Shown here in pieces: positions 24,201 through 36,057 of a stretch of 63,729 nt of DNA. Position numbers and translations under genes: made by a program. Origin of the DNA: Phoronis australis (Eukaryota; Animalia; Phoronida); NCBI GenBank assembly GCA_002633005.1, contig NMRA01000037.1:981972-1045700 (forward strand). The letters are read 5' to 3'. Every line of letters starts with the position of its first letter. The stretch's first letter is position 1. The notes beneath the pieces are model-generated. The model was not told the DNA's origin. It was given only the letters and a program-made list of their open reading frames with translations, and made no database searches.

Positions 24201-27200
24201 TGCTATATGCATAGCTGCCAACATTTGAGAATGAAAAAAATCATCAAACTCTGGCTTGAAAAATCAGCTGGCAACATAATAGATATACTGAGGAACATCT
24301 ACATCATTCTATGCCACTTAAACACAAGGCGAAATGTTTTGCATCAGCATCCCGTTTTTTTTAGTGCTGTGGGAAACTATATGGGTGCCGCAACACTCAA
24401 CGCCATTTGAAGTCAAATGAGAAAATAGACCTAAATTCCGTGGAAAATCAAAGTAATATGTCATAAGTCAATTTCGCCATGGGTAAAAACAAGACTGCTT
24501 ATTGATGTGGCACCATGCAGGACAAATCTTCAAAAAGGGAACAGTCTGGCCATGAGCAAGACAGTTGAGGTGTGTGTGACTACACTGGGAACTCTTAGTC
24601 TTATTGGGGTGTTGTGATTTTAGCATTTAAGGTGCTAAGTGTTAATAAACACTATGTTCGAATCTACCTACGGTGTGGCTCAGTGGTTTGAGCTCGGGAC
24701 TCCTGTTTGAGAGACCCTGGCTCGAATCCTGGCTTTACTGGCTGACAATTGAGCATTGCACAAAGGTGACTCCTACAACTCTAAGCTCAGTCTTACTAGT
24801 GAGTGAATGCAAGGGAGTGAGTGAGAACATGGATATAATGCAAAAGTGATTTCCAGGGCTTTGGTCATGTCTTAATCTACCTGGCAACAACATGTTATGT
24901 GTATAGATGATGGTAATTGTGCACCAGTTTGTGCTATCGTTCTGCTGAGTATGCATGCTGTTAGAAAAACTTGCCACTTGAGCTTAATCTCAGAACCTAG
25001 CGTTTAATGGACGAGATAATGAACACTTGAGACTTGCGACGGCAACACCTTGTTCACGTGATCACGTGTGAGGACATTGAGTATGAACGCGTGTCCTTCA
25101 AGTGTGACATAAGTTCCAGTATGAAATTCAGGGTTGGCTATTACTAGCTTCGTGCTTGCATGATCCTTTTATCTAATTTCATAGACTCAGTATCATTACC
25201 TTCTTCAATGTAGACAAACAGCTATAGTCGAAATTGTCATTTTTGCATGACCAAACAGTAAAAGCCCAGGATGTAAAATTTTCTTTATGCATATCTTTGA
25301 GATAGTAGCAATACTCTTGCTTGATCAAATTGATCAGTGAATTGGCATAAGAGGGTCGGAGTCTTGTTCCCACTTTAAAGGCAAACCAGTTTACATGCAA
25401 ATTGAAGCTATTTCTGATTTTCTTACAGGAATTTAAGTTTCTGCATGCCGGCAAACACATCTTCGGGTAGTTTGACGATTTGGTTTCTCTCAAGTATCAA
25501 CTCGGTCAGACGCGTCAGTTCAGAAAAGGTGTTTGACTGAAGGTCAGATATCATGTTCTTGCCAATGTTTCTGGAACATGAAATAAATGTTGACAGGCAA
25601 AAATTATATACTGCTCATATTGCTAAATATTCTAGTCACCTTGACAACAAAGTCATTGACAATTTGCAGAATCTGCAGAATTACAGTGAAAAACAACAGC
25701 ATTAAGTTGTTTAAGTATTGATCTACCAGTTAATTGTCATGGAGTACCTAACAACAAAATGTTTTCATAGTTCTAAGCCTAAATGAGCATTAATGTTCAT
25801 CAACAACACACCCCTTGGTTATCACAATTTCATTGAGAAACAATTTGTGTACCAGTAATTGTTTTTTACCAACGCTGCAGTTGCGTACTCTAGTGCCAAG
25901 AAACTGGTGCCTGGTGCCACCTGGTGGTTTGCTAATTGGCCCCTATTATGTTGCACACCCAGCAGAATTAATGAAGAACACATTATTGCAACATTAAACA
26001 AATATTTTGGGTTGTAAAGTCACATTTCTTGCCCATTTTTTGAAATTCAAAAATACCTAATCACTTTTTCACGAACTGTTCAAATATGCTATTTACAAAC
26101 TTTCAAAACAAAATTTTAAAAATACCATTGTTGCCTCCAATGTGTTTATGATGGGTCTCATCATCTAGAGAATAGAGAGCAATAACTTCAGCAGCCCAGA
26201 ATGATTCATTTAACTGCTGAGCATTGTGTCTTTGATCTAAACCGGCAAATTCTGATGTGCGCAAACCTGTCGAGTTGCTCTGAATCTCGACTGCTAAGGG
26301 TGTCACCGTAAGATTCTGTTCATGCTGCTGTAAATCGAGACGGCGATAATCGTAGAATTGCAATTCTTCACTTACTTTGCAAAGACTATATAACAGCTTA
26401 TTATTTAAAATGACTTATTCTTATTAAAATGATATAGGCAGAAAATTGAATTTTGGGCCTAAAAAGCGAGGCCTTCTATATTAATATAGGGGGCCTCGCC
26501 GAAAGGTGGTCGAAAAGCGGGGCCCGCTCTACGGCCGCCTTTCCTGATAGTCGATGTGTGTAAACTATACCGGAATATATTTACTTCGTAGTCGACAGGT
26601 GTGTGAAGTTAACTGAGCAACCACGCTTCAGCAACTGCTCATGTGTGAATTAAAATATAAGATATTCTGTTTGAACATATGAATACACACTGCTCAGACC
26701 TTAGTAAAACAGTTGACAAAGCAAGTAATGCCAGAAGTAAAGGTAGGGCTTTGTGTTGACATATTCTAACTTACAAAAATTGGTTGTGTCCAAATTAAGT
26801 AGCCTCGGGTAAACTAAATAGGGTTAAAATGTTGTTTTCCAAATACTTTTAGGTGTGCGAAATAGGTGAAGAATTGCTGTAACTACTAAGAATCAGCTGG
26901 TCATGTGACCAGACAATAACAGCTGGATTGTAAGGGGCTAGAACCTACTCTGATTACAACAACAGTCACTTACAGAGGTGTTTGAATTTGACAACCAATA
27001 TTATGCCCGTTAGTGGAGAAACCTGATCTCAAACTGTAGGACTGTGGTAGGTATAATGGGAAATTAAAATAATTTTTAAATGTTTTCAGTTTGGCAGAGC
27101 AGCTGCTAATTAACGTCAAATAAATTTAATTTTCATACTTACAGTTTCGTCAAAGTGTTGCCTACATGCATCAGAGCTTCTCGTGGTACAGTGGTGAATA

Positions 27201-30200
27201 GATTACTACTTAAATCTCTGGAAAATGAAAGGTTTGTACTTTGAAGTTTTGCCATCATAAAACTCAGCAGATGTCATGCTTCGGTATTATTGTATGCAGT
27301 AAAGAATTCCTGAGAGTAAGTTTAATAGTAATAATAAGCATAGGTAAAGGATTTTCAGAGATGGAATCAAAATAACAACTTTGTAGTATCTGAATAATTT
27401 TCATTTCCTTAAACCTGTAAATGAAGAATCAATTGCTAAAATGATGTAAACATTTTAAAATAGCCAAAAATCTAAAATTCAGTCTTAAATACCCCTTGAT
27501 TTCTTTTAAAGCGGTAATAAATCTGCCTTCCGTCACAAAAACAATTTTTGGTTCAGGCCACCAACCGTTATGAAATTGGCCTCAAATTTCTCCTTTCTCA
27601 AACTGTAGGTGATTTCTAGTCTTTGAAAGAACTGGCAGTCCATTACTCTCGAGACTAGGCTCTACAAGTTGCCTTATCACGGCGTGTCATTTTATTTGCC
27701 GATCTCTAGCGACAATAAACTGTCAGGTTTTCCCAAGCCTGGAAATGAACCACTTTTCATCTTAAGTTGGGAACAAGGTGATAATAGGTTTATCGCTGTA
27801 GTAAGTTCTGTTCAAATATTAGATCTCTGCTGTGACGGCGATGGAACACTGATTCTAAGTCCACTTTAAAAGTACACATAACCTATTTCTCATACTTACA
27901 GAGATGCCAAGGCTATACAAGATATCATCAGCTCATCAAAAAGTTCTGTGATTTTGTTGCTCCGTAAGTTCCTGAAAAGATGCACAATAAAGTTTTTAAC
28001 AATAATTCAAGCTTTCCAGCTGAACACTAGATTTTAGTAATTTTCACGGTTTTGGTTAAAATTCTTCAATTCAGATTCCGATACACCTAGCCTGGCCCTG
28101 TGTAGCTGGGCAAAAGCTTGTATGGCGAAATGTCTGTTAAATTCCTTTAGATATTAGGTGGGTGGAAACAATTGTGTGTCTTTGGATGCAGACCTCAACC
28201 TTATATTTGCCATATATCATCAAAGCCCGCCACACAACACCAGCGGACCCTTCCTTGCATTGTTTTTTTTAGAAAACTTGTAACTATGACTATGTAAAAC
28301 AAAGGGTTTTGTCCACCCAAAGTATTTTCTAATTCAAAATTTCGGCCTCACATGAAACAAAATGTACGCTGTTATTAAAGTTTTGTAGGTCCTTGTGGAC
28401 AAGTGTGAGACAAATATCTATAAAACTACAATTTTTAACACAAAGTATATAGTTCCTAAAAGTAGAAAGACCTTTAAATTATCATTTGGTTTTTGTTTTA
28501 TGAAGTTGATTTTTTTCAAGAAAATCGTACAAGTCATATTGTTTAATAGCCCCTCATGTGGAAATGCTACACTTTTTAAAAATATCACGACAGTGTTTTG
28601 GACAACAGTGCATAACACTTACTATCTGAAAGTTTTATACGAATCCGAACGTTCTGTTCTGAGATATGTGTTCCGAAGTTAGTGAAATGTGGATATTTTC
28701 CTCCGGTTCTACATAACCTTAAGACCAAGGCTCGGTCTCTAATCTTTGTACTCGAAACGAACTCGAAACTATTTTTGGCAATTTCTCTGCTCCTTTTGTG
28801 CGAACTTAAGATAATTGGTTATCAGACTGTGCTCGAATACATTATAGTTTATGCATAGGAGTTTCTAGTTCAAGTTTTCCCTTGAAGACCCTTATATTGG
28901 TGCTACAAACTCGAGTAAAAACTCGAAATTTCGAGTTCAAACACGAACTTAAAGCTTTAATATTGGGTTTACAAACTGTGAACTAAGGGCAATAAATTAT
29001 CTACGTAAGTTATTGTGTTCTCGAGCATAGAATAATAGACACTTATCTTGAGTTCACCCAAAAGTAGAGTAGAAAATGCCAAACCTAACTTCGAGTTCCA
29101 TTTCGAGTAAAAGATTGGAGACCGGGCCCAGGGCCGGGAAGTTGCTGCAAAAGTTGTTTTTCTTGGAAACATGTTTTGCTGGTTCCCTTAATTGTTTTGT
29201 GCCTGCATTAGACAGTGATATTTATGTAAACTTGCAGCTCAATGTCATTCCCTTGTTTTCAGCTAGACAATTAACATTGCAATTATTTTTGTGTGAAATA
29301 AGTGAAAATTACAATACCTGTAGACATGTTGAAACATAAAATGTGTCATACTATTCCACTGACAGGAGACGTTTTGATGACTACATGTAATATTTAATAC
29401 AAATTACACCATTACAGACTTTTCCATTAGAAATGAACTAAGCGACTACATATGTCCATTACACCTGCTAAGTTTCATGTCAATCATTCTAGTGGTTTCC
29501 CTTCTACAACCTCAGAAAGTTAATGTGTGTCATAAATCAAAAGTGTCATTGTATCCGTACAGCAAAATTTCCTGAGAACATATCAGTTAATTGCCATTCT
29601 CACCTGTACTGGTCAATTGTTGTTTTGCTGCTGCGAAAAATATGATTCCTGGAAATTCTTAGCACCTGTTTGTTCGAAGTTGGGTTGATCTGGCTGACCA
29701 TGACTTCTGTTCTTACAAATCTTAATAAGAAATGCTACACTCCTAAATGTTTCGCTGAGGAGGCAGTGTGGCCTAGTGTGATAGGTGCCCACTTTCTTTA
29801 CTCCAGGTCGTGGGTTTGAGTCCCACTGGGTCACACTGCTTGACCCTTGAGTCAGGTTTCTAGCTCCTCAGCTTGATTTTAACTATATATTAATAAAGCA
29901 CAAAAATGGATCCAGGTGATCAGTGCAATGGGCCCATATGCGTTGCCTGTGCACGTCTGGTACAACGTGTACCAGACCGCCTGCAAGTATTATATTTTCA
30001 ATGTTTTGCGTAAGGGGTAATACTGAAACCATATTTTGGTTTTAAAAACACCTCAACTTTCTTTAAAAGCCTATTTGGTCTTCTCAATCAACATCATCAC
30101 ATTCTTTTCCTTTGTTTGAATTGAAATTGGTTACAATAATCTGCCTACATTAGGCGCTACATCACTTTTCCCAACTGGCTACTGATTGCTTTTTACCAGG

Positions 30201-33200
30201 GTTGGGATTACAATACCCAACTACCAAAGCATTTGGTCTTATATGACCAGCTTCTTTCTCACCGCTAGAAATCATTAAATTTTCTTATTTGAGTAAAGAA
30301 CCAGCCTGCCGAGGTTATGACTTTCCGTTTACAATTTACATACCCCTTTCCGAATAAACGCTCGGGCGTTTGTTTGGGTTTACTGAAATGCGTGAAAATT
30401 TTCCGAAGAGATTTTTCGAATACACGCCCACTGAAAATTCGGGTAACTCTAAAGCAACATCCGGGGTCCTTTTAATGAGACTTGCCATAAGTTTCTTCTT
30501 ACGCTCCACACAACTATTCCTTATCTAACAAATGGTTAACTCTCGTTGAAGCATGAAGTGTGAAGGTCTCTGAGAACGTGCGCACGTGCATCTACTAGTT
30601 ACTGAGGCACTTTATATTGCGAGAATGTGACGCGCACATAACCACTTGGCTAAGTCTTTAGCAATTGTCTGTGAAGTGGGAGCCCAGGACAATAATTCTG
30701 TTTTTAGTCTTAAACGACACTTTCCTGAAACGGGCTCCCGGGCCCAGTTGTATAAAAGTTATAGCAACAATTGGACGTCGCATAATCACGCGTCACGTTG
30801 TTATTGTTGAACAATGCACCTGGCGTCATGCGACAATTAAACTTATCCAGTGGATAATTTTAAAGTTTTATGCAACCCAGCCCTGGTGTCAAACAGTGAC
30901 GATCTGTGTAAGGAATAAGCCGAGGTCAATATAGAGTGTTTCTGACATTTTGAAATGTCCTAGTTAAGTGCAAATCTATGAAGTGTCAAAAGAGTGAGCG
31001 ATAACTACTGATAACTATGTCAGCTTGTCAAACGGCGTCCAATGAACAATCAATCTAAGTCACGAACACGGACACGAACACGAACACGAACAACAGCTAA
31101 TAAACTCTCAATCAACTATCTTTATTGACAGTCAAAATGAAACTTCAAAATGTCGAGCAAAGGGTGGGCGGAGCAAGATGCCCCGGCTAAGTGAGAACTT
31201 TCATAATTTCATTTCCCTTGAACTTTTAACATAAAACAGAGTGAGTGATTACTCTCATACATAATACTATTTAATTACCACGAACTAATTTGCACAAACC
31301 TTACCCACCAGCAGAAAAACAACCAGGGTGTATTGTCCCTTGTTTGAGCCAAGGCGCCCACCCCTATTTGAAAAAACACTCAAGGGTAGGAATTTTGCCC
31401 GGGTTGTAAATGATCAATTAAAATAAAAAGTTTATTCAGGTTTTTAAAATTACTTAAGTGAACTGATGTTCGAGGTAACACTGTCATACGCCTGTAACGA
31501 CATCACAGGAACATATTGATCTCATAGTAATGGTAAAATGGTAAAATGGTATGCCATTAAATAATCATTTGTTCATTACTGCCACAGCTTAACATCGGTC
31601 GTCCAGTTTTCCATTATCTTCATTCAAGAAACAGTTATTATCAAGAACATGTTGTGACTGAAATTACAGTCTGATTCAAAATTACTGGAATCTCCGTCGA
31701 AAGCAAGGCGTGGTCAACCTCTCACGATTGCAAACCAATGCTCTTTCCATTAATCGATTATTTCAACTCCTGTCTCTGGATGCAGTGCTCCTCTGTATTA
31801 CTCCAGATGAACCCTTCCAGGTTTTGCTACATGTTAGTCGTGGTGACGAAGTTACGTGCGTTTATTATACAGCCTAATAGCCCTCGACGAAAACTGTGTT
31901 ACTTTGAAGGTGATAGATTTTTTTAACTGTTTATCATCAAACTGCCCTCTTGTTTTCCTATTTGTAATAATTTGTTAAAGGCACGACACTTGTCGTTGTT
32001 GAGTATCTTTATTCCATTTCGTTCGTATCATCGGAACAAAGTCTGACAATCAACAGAACATTGGTAAAGCGACTGACCAACAGACATGATTAATAGACAC
32101 ACGGTATTTCGAAACATGGGTACTCGTTTCATTTTCAAGTGGAAATAAAATGACGCAGTATTGCCACCACAAAGCAAAAGCTAGTAACATACGCAGTGGG
32201 GCACGACAGGTGTGGAATACTGCAAAGAATGGCTGGAGGGGGTAACGGGAAAGTCACGCAAGTAGCGTGCGACTGCCACCAGGTGGAGCCTCAGTAGTCG
32301 TAACCGTCCGAAAATCGTCGGCTGCTGTTTGGAGTAAGAACACATAATCGGATTCGTCTCAAAATTCGTGTATGCCGCCCCATCTTCTATGACAGGAACA
32401 TGTATAAATGTCACGAACATCCATAAAGAGTTTTGAAGATACCAGCAACGGCCGCCGACGGACGGACGAGGACGACAGGATGCACAAGAGTAGTCGGGTT
32501 AGTCTGAAGCTCGTCGCCATCCGTTGTCAGCTCCATAGGAACACAGCCGGTGCCTTCTCTTTTAACGGGTCATTTTGAAAGCTGTTGGTCGGATAGAAAG
32601 ACGGACACAAAAAAAGAAAAAAGAAAGAAAGAAAGAAAAGCAGACTATGTTCGTCCGTAAATAGGAAGATGTCATCATCTCTTGAATAAAAACTTATTGG
32701 CCTACTTTCAAAAAAATCCATCAAGGTGAACTCTGAACGTAAAAAAGTGATTTGACCATGGGATCGGTCCGACATTCGTTGCCGTTTGTCATCAACTACA
32801 TGCGCGCACCCAGGGGGGCTCGGGGGGCTCAAATGAGCCCCCCATTTGGCGAAGTGGGCAAAAAGGTCCGCCTCAGAGAGACAAAAAGTCCGAAAAAATT
32901 AGGCATAAGTCCATTAAACATGCGCAAACGCGCAATTCACAGTGGTGCTCCCGTTTTTTTTTAGTCCGCCCGTTTTTTTTTTTTAGTCCGCCCGCTTTTT
33001 TGTTACAAAAAGGTTCACGAAGTCAGGAATTCGAGCCCCCCCATATTGAAGGCTGGGTGCGCGCATTAACTACATAGAAACACAACTGCCAAATCTTATA
33101 AAGACCCTGAAAGGGGTTTAGAAGATATAACAGCGGACGCTCAGCAATACGTACCCACATAATATGTACATCTGGACTCATAAAAAGAACATCAAAATCA

Positions 33201-36057
33201 GTCTTTAACTAGCGTTGCAACACATACTATTATGTACAAATGTTCGCCGTTGCCACATGTTGTCGAGCAAGTAAAGGAGTCAAGTGAAGTGGGCCTTGCG
33301 CGCGTGGCACTGACCGTGCTTCATAACTTTAATGGACGTGGGTGTTTTAGTCCAACGGATCTTCTTGCCCTATTTCATTCTATTGTCGCTGGCATGTGTG
33401 CTTACATCACAATGAAGGTAATTAAATTGTTCAGCCACTCCAAAAGGAATCTTGGTCAATCAACTACCTTTTGCTTAATTACGTATTTCTTGAAAGACAA
33501 GGTCATGATCCTTGAAAACAGTGGTTTTCTTGCAGGTTCTGCGCATAACTCAAGAGGCGACGTAGTTTGTTTTCCACATTGTCGGGCTAATTGCTCTCAT
33601 AAACCGCAGTGCATCTTTAAGTGACATTGTTTCATGTTACCTGTACTGTAAATAACAAGGGCATAAAAGCGTAATTTACCGTACGGTACTTTTGGGCATT
33701 CTTACACAGTGTCTTTTACTTCTTGTTGATGACGGTTTTGTGTATGTTAGGAAAATGATTCTCGTGAGTCTTGATGATGGATCGTGATTTAAAAATTGAG
33801 GTGAATGATAACTGTAACTAGAAGAGTGCTTCCGCAACTGGACACTATGGCTGGCAAATGAGTAAAATAAAAATACAGCAATACGGGATTCTGAAATTTC
33901 GAAACACTTAAGATATCGTAGATAATAAATTTATACCGTGTAATAACCTGGACGGTTATTGTAGGATCACGTGACAGGGTTATTGCACGGGAGTTGGCAA
34001 AAAGATGAGGATTAAAATCTAGATATGTGGTATAAACATGTTAAGCTACATGCGTATTATATGGGTGAATGTTATTAACCTCGGTTGCTGTGCCGAGTAA
34101 ATATTTTCACGAGGCCGAAGACCTGCACAGCAACCCGTGCTAATAATATTCATCCTTATAAAACTCGTGTAGTTTAACATATATGTAACCAAGCGTGATC
34201 TCATTAATGAGAGAGGACATGGGGCTTAAATTGAGGGCGTGATTGTCACTCCATAAAAGTACAAGTGAGAAGAGGAGGCAATGGCGAATGGTAATAATTC
34301 TAGTTGGAATTCAGTTTAACTCTCCATAATATAACTTAATGATCTATTTCGAGAGCAAGAATTTTTTTATTCCAACCAAGTAGCTTACCGTTCCTTTTCT
34401 CCAGAACTGCGTGTGTAAAATTTTCAAAGGTTAATATTGATAGCTGTATGATAAAATGAAGAAAATATACAAATGTTTTACTTCGGTTGACGTCTTTGAC
34501 GTATGCCTCCTAAAATTTCGCTTGATCGCGATACCGAGAGCTTGATTGCAGATTGTTTAGCGGACAAGAAGTGCTAAAATATAATTGCTTTCCGTTGCAT
34601 TATCAGCGCAGCATCACTCACAGGAAACAATAAGGGCGAATATACGGAGTAAAATTAATTACAGGGTCATAAGAGAGTCTTGTTTTCTGCAATTTCATCT
34701 CAGTCTAGAAAAAAAATAAAAAGTACTGGTTGCGCCGCAAAAATCTGGACTATGATGTCATATGTTGCATTCTGTGATTTAGTTATTTCGGTGAAACATT
34801 CAAATTTTACAGAATTTTCAGTAAAATATGCAGATCAATTGTTTGTAAAACTCCTAGTGTATTTCTTTTTGTTTTGCAGGGGAATTACACCCTTTATTGA
34901 AGTTTTATGATACCAATGCAAGGAAAGTGTGTTGGCGTCTGTTCCCTCTTCCATCCTCGAAATAGAACATTTTTATAAAAATAAGTCTCTCCCATGGGAG
35001 ACATCTAATCTCCTAACCCCAAGCGCACAGTAAAGGTAAACAAATCCTACCCCAAGCGCACAATAAAGGTAAACAAATCCTACCCCAAGCGCACAATAAA
35101 GGTAAACAAATCCTACCCCAAGTTATTGACGACAGCACCATTGGGGTTACTGCAATCCACTGAATTGTGAAAGCGTCATCTTTGGGATGTTGAAAAGAGC
35201 AGAATTGTTGCGATTGAACCCACTAATAGTTGAGATAGGCTGTCTATAAGAAATGAGTCGTCCTCAAATTGATGAATGAAGTCAAAACATTTCTAATTGC
35301 TAGAAGATAATAGCTTTTCGTACCAAACATGTTTTCACATGAATTATTCCTTNCACAATAAAGGTAAACAAATCGGTTATTTTCTCCTAATTGATTGTGT
35401 TATTGACGACAGCACCATTGGGGTTACTGCAATCCACTGAATTGTGAAAGCGTCATCTTTGGGATGTTGAAAAGAGCAGAATTGTTGCGATTGAACCCAC
35501 TAATAGTTGAGATAGGCTGTCTATAAGAAATGAGTCGTCCTCAAATTGATGAATGAAGTCAAAACATTTCTAATTGCTAGAAGATAATAGCTTTTCGTAC
35601 CAAACATGTTTTCACATGAATTATTCCTTTTGAGCTCATAAAATCGGAGTTGATTTTTAACAAGAACATAGAAGACATCAACGACTTAAGAGAACGCTTG
35701 AATAATTTTGGGTTTGTCAACCCTAAAATTGCGAAGTCGAAAATGGCGCGTGAACGCATTGTCTGTGACTTGAGTTGCTTGTCATTTGGCAACAATTCAC
35801 GACTACACGAATGAGGTAATGTGTTAAACCCCAAAGCGCTTCGGTTAAGAATTTAACATTAACAACTAAATCCCATCATTAATTTCTGGCGATGAAGAAT
35901 TTTATTGGGACAGTTGGTGGAATCACAAACGAGTGGGACTGATACTTACAGTTCCTTAAGGTAATACTGTTTAGCGAAGATGTTGACTGTGTATTGATCG
36001 CCGTTTGGTGTTGTGCGGGTTCCTAGCAAGTCAGTCAGGTTGTTATGACTAAGATCT
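7613..36057 (-). CDS. rk: Type-B leucine-rich-repeat GPCR, bursicon receptor (rickets/LGR2)-like; gene span of 17 coding exons, 5' end not found
   Basis: All exons have AG/GT boundaries and compatible phases. LRR exons are followed by the hinge LSYAYHCC, then [68 protein letters not shown] and [12 protein letters not shown]. This motif set is typical of bursicon receptors. Confidence 0.88.
9782..9930 (-). mobile_element. tRNA-derived SINE copy
   Basis: Minus strand GTGTGGCTCGCTGGTTTGAGC..GGTTCTAATCCTGGCC (A and B boxes) plus a body shared with 24670-24820. Confidence 0.75.
10127..10255. mobile_element. Small CATGGG..CCTATG MITE, internally dimeric, 5-bp TSD TGATG
   Basis: TIRs and TSD visible; related reverse-oriented copy at 63254-63407. 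Confidence 0.75.
10587..10718 (-). CDS. rk: LGR TM4-ECL2 exon
   Basis: [32 protein letters not shown]; 132 bp, phase 1-1. Confidence 0.95.
11487..11593. mobile_element. ~105-bp palindromic MITE (copies at 19212-19320 reversed, 40283-40390, and degraded at ~26995-27055)
   Basis: Arms TATAACGTGCC..TTTTGAGAACCAGTT / AACTGGTTCTCAAAA..GGCAC.TTATA around a TTCAGTGGAGAAA core. Confidence 0.8.
11980..12159 (-). CDS. rk: LGR ECL1-TM3-ICL2 exon
   Basis: [59 protein letters not shown]; 180 bp, phase 1-1. Confidence 0.95.
12873..13100 (-). CDS. rk: LGR hinge end plus TM1-TM2 exon
   Basis: [54 protein letters not shown]. Confidence 0.95.
13540..13719 (-). CDS. rk: LGR hinge exon: [21 protein letters not shown]
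   Basis: 180 bp, phase 1-1; ends in CxPxP preceding FxPC. Confidence 0.87.
14047..14125 (-). pseudogene. Duplicated fragment of the LGR TM3 exon start plus its splice acceptor
   Basis: Near-identical to ~12104-12182; the Gln codon is mutated to TAG. Confidence 0.9.
14724..14858. mobile_element. MITE CAGTGGCATATTT...GGATCTGCCCCTG
   Basis: Imperfect TIRs; flanks CCATC / CTATC; same family as 53019-53182 in the opposite orientation. Confidence 0.7.
15111..15207 (-). CDS. rk: LGR hinge exon: [32 protein letters not shown]
   Basis: 97 bp, phase 0-1, bridging the phases of the neighbouring exons. Confidence 0.78.
16090..16282 (-). CDS. rk: LGR last LRRs and hinge start: ..[26 protein letters not shown]
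   Basis: 193 bp, phase 2-0; YxYHCC hinge motif. Confidence 0.93.
16909..16980 (-). CDS. rk: LGR LRR exon: [24 protein letters not shown]
   Basis: 72 bp, phase 2-2. Confidence 0.9.
17302..17347. repeat. Degenerate (TTAGGG)n-like tract
   Basis: TTTAGGGTAGATTAGGGTCAGGGTTCGGGTTACGGTTAGGGTTAG. Confidence 0.7.
17445..17588 (-). CDS. rk: LGR exon with two LRRs: [36 protein letters not shown]
   Basis: 144 bp, phase 2-2. Confidence 0.92.
18265..18330 (-). CDS. rk: LGR LRR exon: [22 protein letters not shown]
   Basis: 66 bp, phase 2-2. Confidence 0.9.
19212..19320. mobile_element. Palindromic MITE, copy of the 11487-11593 family
   Basis: Reverse-complement similarity along its full length. Confidence 0.8.
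20050..20350. repeat. Degenerate (AAT)n low-complexity tract
   Basis: AT-rich AAT/ATA triplets. Confidence 0.7.
20402..20542 (-). CDS. rk: LGR LRR exon: [36 protein letters not shown]
   Basis: 141 bp, phase 2-2; PDL..T..LxLDR pattern of type-B LGRs. Confidence 0.9.
22505..22648 (-). CDS. rk: LGR exon with two LRRs: [40 protein letters not shown]
   Basis: 144 bp, phase 2-2. Confidence 0.92.
22716..22954. mobile_element. hAT-like MITE with 6-bp TSD AATTAT
   Basis: TIRs CAGGGTTTGGAATG / CATTCCAAGCTCTG; AATTAT at 22710-22715 and 22955-22960. Confidence 0.65.
23248..23319 (-). CDS. rk: LGR LRR exon: [24 protein letters not shown]
   Basis: 72 bp, phase 2-2. Confidence 0.9.
24670..24820 (+). mobile_element. 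tRNA-derived SINE copy (same family as 9782-9930)
   Basis: TGGCTCAGTGG A box, GGCTCGAATCC B box, shared body GACAATTGAGCA..CAAAGGTG..CTCCTAC. Confidence 0.78.
25427..25570 (-). CDS. rk: LGR exon with two LRRs: [35 protein letters not shown]
   Basis: 144 bp, phase 2-2. Confidence 0.9.
27143..27217 (-). CDS. rk: LGR LRR exon: [25 protein letters not shown]
   Basis: 75 bp, phase 2-2. Confidence 0.88.
27900..27971 (-). CDS. rk: LGR LRR exon: [24 protein letters not shown]
   Basis: 72 bp, phase 2-2, canonical splice sites. Confidence 0.85.
28722..29134. mobile_element. ~410-bp foldback MITE (second copy at 42838-43236)
   Basis: TIRs GGCTCGGTCTCTAATCTTTGTACTCGAAA / TTTCGAGTAAAAGATTGGAGACCGGGCC; shared internal CGAGCATAGAATAATA.ACACTT.TCTTGAGTTC. 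Confidence 0.75.
29763..29860 (+). mobile_element. tRNA-like SINE head (different family)
   Basis: GTGTGGCCTAGTG (A box)...GGGTTTGAGTCCC (B box). Confidence 0.5.
30744..30884. mobile_element. Small Harbinger-like MITE
   Basis: GGCCCAGTTGTATAAAA ... TTTTATGCAACCCAGCCC inverted ends. Confidence 0.5.
32799..33067. mobile_element. MITE CATGCGCGCACCCAG..CTGGGTGCGCGCATT, 5-bp TSD AACTA
   Basis: 14-bp perfect TIR core; AACTA at 32794-32798 and 33068-33072. Confidence 0.8.
34031..34187. mobile_element. Foldback element with GCCGAG..GAGGCCGAAG centre (Crypton-like non-autonomous style)
   Basis: Two ~60-bp imperfect inverted arms; the family assignment is tentative. Confidence 0.55.
35017..35630. 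repeat. 33-bp unit x3, followed by a ~230-bp exact duplication on either side of the single N at 35353
   Basis: GTTATTGACGACAGC...GAATTATTCCTT occurs at 35122-35352 and again at 35399-35629; likely an unmerged contig or haplotype overlap. Confidence 0.85.
35950..36057 (-). CDS. rk: LGR exon, first LRR found: [36 protein letters not shown]
   Basis: 108 bp, phase 2-2, tttcAG / GTAAGT. Confidence 0.8.

Noticed and set aside
24670-24735. tRNA gene
   Set aside because: No complete cloverleaf, and it continues into a body shared with 9782-9930, so it is a SINE.
26775-26845. Possible extra LRR exon (YLENNIL..) with a GTAAG donor
   Set aside because: 71 bp, in-frame TAA, no polypyrimidine tract, and incompatible phase.
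35122-35629. Exact ~230-bp tandem duplication
   Set aside because: The copies sit on either side of a single N; most likely an unmerged contig or haplotype overlap.
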